Shown here piece by piece: positions 8,624-10,578 of a DNA stretch of 10,578 nucleotides. The notes below the pieces were generated by a model. That model made no database searches. It saw nothing but the letters and a program-made list of their open reading frames with translations, and was not told the origin of the DNA. Made by a program: the position numbers and the translations under genes. Origin of the DNA: Vitrella brassicaformis CCMP3155 (lineage: Eukaryota > Protista > Chromerida); assembly GCA_001179505.1 (NCBI GenBank), contig CDMY01000917.1, forward strand, positions 1-10,578. The letters are read 5' to 3'. Each line of letters opens with the position of its first letter. Positions within the stretch are counted from its first letter, which is position 1.

Positions 8624-8970
8624 TGTGTATGCATACGCAGCTGTGCGCACAGAGATATTCAGCATATGCACACACTCCAAGTCCAAGCGTGCATGCGCAG
8701 GAAGCATTCATCGTATACACACATTCTAAGTCCACGCGTGTTTACGCAGGTGTGCGCACAGGGACATTCATCAGATACACACAATCCAAGTCCACGCATG
8801 CATGCGCAGGTGTGCGCACAGAGCCATTCATGACAGCGCATACGCAGGTGTGCGCACAGAGCCATTAATGATATACACAAATCCCAAGTCCACGCATGCA
8901 TGCGCAGGTGTGCGCACAGAGAGATTTATCAGATACACACACTTCAAGTCCAAACGTGCATGCGCAAGTG
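8624..8970 (+). repeat. 60-bp minisatellite array (about 6-7 full or partial units)
   Basis: Full 60-nt units at 8713-8772, 8773-8832 and 8871-8930, of the type AGATACACACAATCCAAGTCCACGCATGCATGCGCAGGTGTGCGCACAGAGCCATTCATG. Partial units at 8624-8712, 8833-8870 and 8931-8970. Confidence 0.95.
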
Positions 8971-8971
8971 G

Positions 8972-9489
8972 CTCTACTATCCCATTTTGTGCTTGATGAC
9001 GCGGCAGGCTCTTCTCGTGGTGGATCTGGTGCTCCTCACAAAACGCCTTCCACGTACCGGCGATGAGCTCGGCCCTCCATCGGTCTTCACTGCCTTGGGC
9101 ATGCGGATGGCCATGCAGTAGTGCATGAGCGCCTTCGGTGCGGTGGACTTCTTCTTCAGGAAGTAGGCCTGCACATAGCGGTTGTAGTCGTCCACCATGA
9201 CCATGAGCCACTTGAATCCCCTCTCGCTGAGCTGTTTGATCTGTGCCAGGTCGACGTGCACGAGATCACCAGGTGCCGAACGACGCAAGGCATCACCAAG
9301 GTAGGGCCGACTCGTCGTGTTAGATTGGACACGCACCTCATACTTGTGCTCCTCTCCTTCCTCCATCTTGCTCCTCTTGATGTCAGGTGCGTTGCGGCAC
9401 ACTTGCTGCAGCTGGTCGATGGCTGCATCGTTATAGTGGAGGAAACGCTGGTGAGCGAGCTCCCCGCTGATGATCTCGGCGGCCATCAC
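8972..9489 (-). pseudogene. pol: Second Copia integrase fragment (decayed HHCC through the D-D-E core)
   Basis: AHQRFLHYND...YEVR (decayed CEVC)...LVHVDLAQIKQLSERGFKWLMVMVDDYNRY...YFLKKKS...KTDGG, a 1-nt frameshift near 9073, then AELI...FCEEHQIHHEKSLPRHQAQNGIVE. Confidence 0.92.
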
Positions 9490-9686
9490 TGCCGCGGGTA
9501 CTTGGAGGGGAGGGGGAGTATGTGATTAATGTCTGTCTACAGAAATCTGCGCATGGACCAGTCGACTTGGAGGATGCGTACATGATGAATGTCTCTATGC
9601 GCACACTTGCGTATGCACGAGTGGACTTAGAGGGTGCGTATGTGATGAATGTCTCTACGCACACACTTGTGCATGCTCTATACGCA
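9490..9686 (-). repeat. 60-bp minisatellite array in inverted orientation (2 full and 2 partial units)
   Basis: The reverse complement of 9584-9643 matches unit 8773-8832 at 48/60 positions without gaps. A second full unit lies at 9524-9583. Confidence 0.9.
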
Positions 9687-10578
9687 CGCGGGTAGAGAAG
9701 GATACGGCAGCCTGGGCAGGCGGCGAGGGGCGGGGGGGGTGCTGAGTCGGCGGCTGGTCGGTGAAGGCTGCAGCGTGGGGGTTACCGCAGGTCCCCGCGG
9801 CTCCCCAAATGTAGGAGGGAAGGTGCGATCGGTAGCCCTGAGCGAGACGCACAACGCAATGCAGGCAACATTGGTGAGTGGCAAAGGCTTCCAGGGGTGG
9901 CCTCGCGACAGGGATGGCCACGCAGTCGGGTCATGGCCAACACCATGCCCATCGACTACAAACCTATACATTGCTTGCATCTTATTATCCTATCCCTCAT
10001 AGGCTGTTATATTTAGTGTGACACGGCTCTATTTGTGAGATATGGTACCAATATTCTCCTTTCGTCCTCATTTTACAAGATGACTCATCGCATCCTCATG
10101 CTGATGACATCATCGTTTACTTCTTCAACCATCCTTTCAATGGTGGGCAAACAATTTCTGTACGTTGACTATTCGCTAAGCTATGGACATGCTAAGACGT
10201 ATTACGTGTGTGTATGGGTGTGGTACGTCATTTAGAAAGAACGAGAGAGAGCTGGAAGTGTTTTTGATGTGATCGGATGAGACGCTGGGAGAATTCGTCA
10301 AATAAGTGATGGATTGATTGAAGACCAATGATCTGTATGCTTCCACATGCCCATCCAAGTACTTCTTATCTACACGTACATCCAAGTAATCTCTGACTCG
10401 CATCCGCTCCCTCATCATAACGGCTTAAGTGCCCCCTGATGGCATGTATGTGTATGTATGGAAATGCGAGGCGCGTACATACATCCTGACAGAAACATCG
10501 CCAACCGATACGACGAATGCACCAAAAATACGTCGCCATGCTCGAATTCATTTCTTTACACACCGGCCTCCCCTTGCC

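Larger units (their letters stand above)
8624..9686. mobile_element. Possible foldback-like composite element (inverted tandem-repeat arms around a captured integrase fragment)
   Basis: The arms are in opposite orientation and begin with similar outer ends (TGTGTATGCAT vs TGCGTATAGAGCAT). No TSD was found. Confidence 0.4.

Noticed and set aside
8620-8996. CRISPR-like array, or repeat-protein ORFs, in the 60-bp repeats
   Set aside because: The units are contiguous with no unique spacers and there are no cas genes. Frames stay open because the unit is a multiple of 3 with few stops.
8605-9700. Target-site duplication around the foldback-like structure
   Set aside because: The flanks (GCAGTTTCATGC and CGCGGGTAGAG) share no direct repeat at any boundary I tried.
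10237-10390. Protein-like + frame (KNERELEVFLM*SDETLGEFVK*VMD*LK) with in-frame TGA/TAA, suggesting stop-codon reassignment
   Set aside because: The opposite strand is open here (10176-10418) and I recognise no homolog. Stops elsewhere co-occur with many frameshifts, so decay or non-coding sequence is the simpler explanation.

Overview
This is eukaryotic-type DNA: a transposon graveyard mixed with probable intron-rich host-gene fragments and two 300-N assembly gaps. From left to right it holds (i) a possible spliced multi-TM membrane-protein gene on the minus strand (271-1013); (ii) a decayed Ty1/Copia LTR retrotransposon (about 1146-3566: putative 5' LTR, gag, aspartic protease, HHCC pre-integrase, integrase) whose gag-protease junction carries a clean 656-bp internal inversion; (iii) CA-rich repeats around gap 1 and several weak candidate host exons; (iv) two diverged 3' ends of restriction-like-endonuclease (RLE, CRE-like) non-LTR retrotransposons lying tail-to-tail (6727-7375 +, about 7606-8623 -); and (v) a foldback-like structure in which two inward-pointing arrays of a 60-bp minisatellite enclose a second, divergent Copia integrase fragment (8624-9686). 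I found no intact element, RNA gene or CRISPR array. Most listed ORFs are antisense shadows or repeat-derived. All alignments were done by eye and no database was searched.
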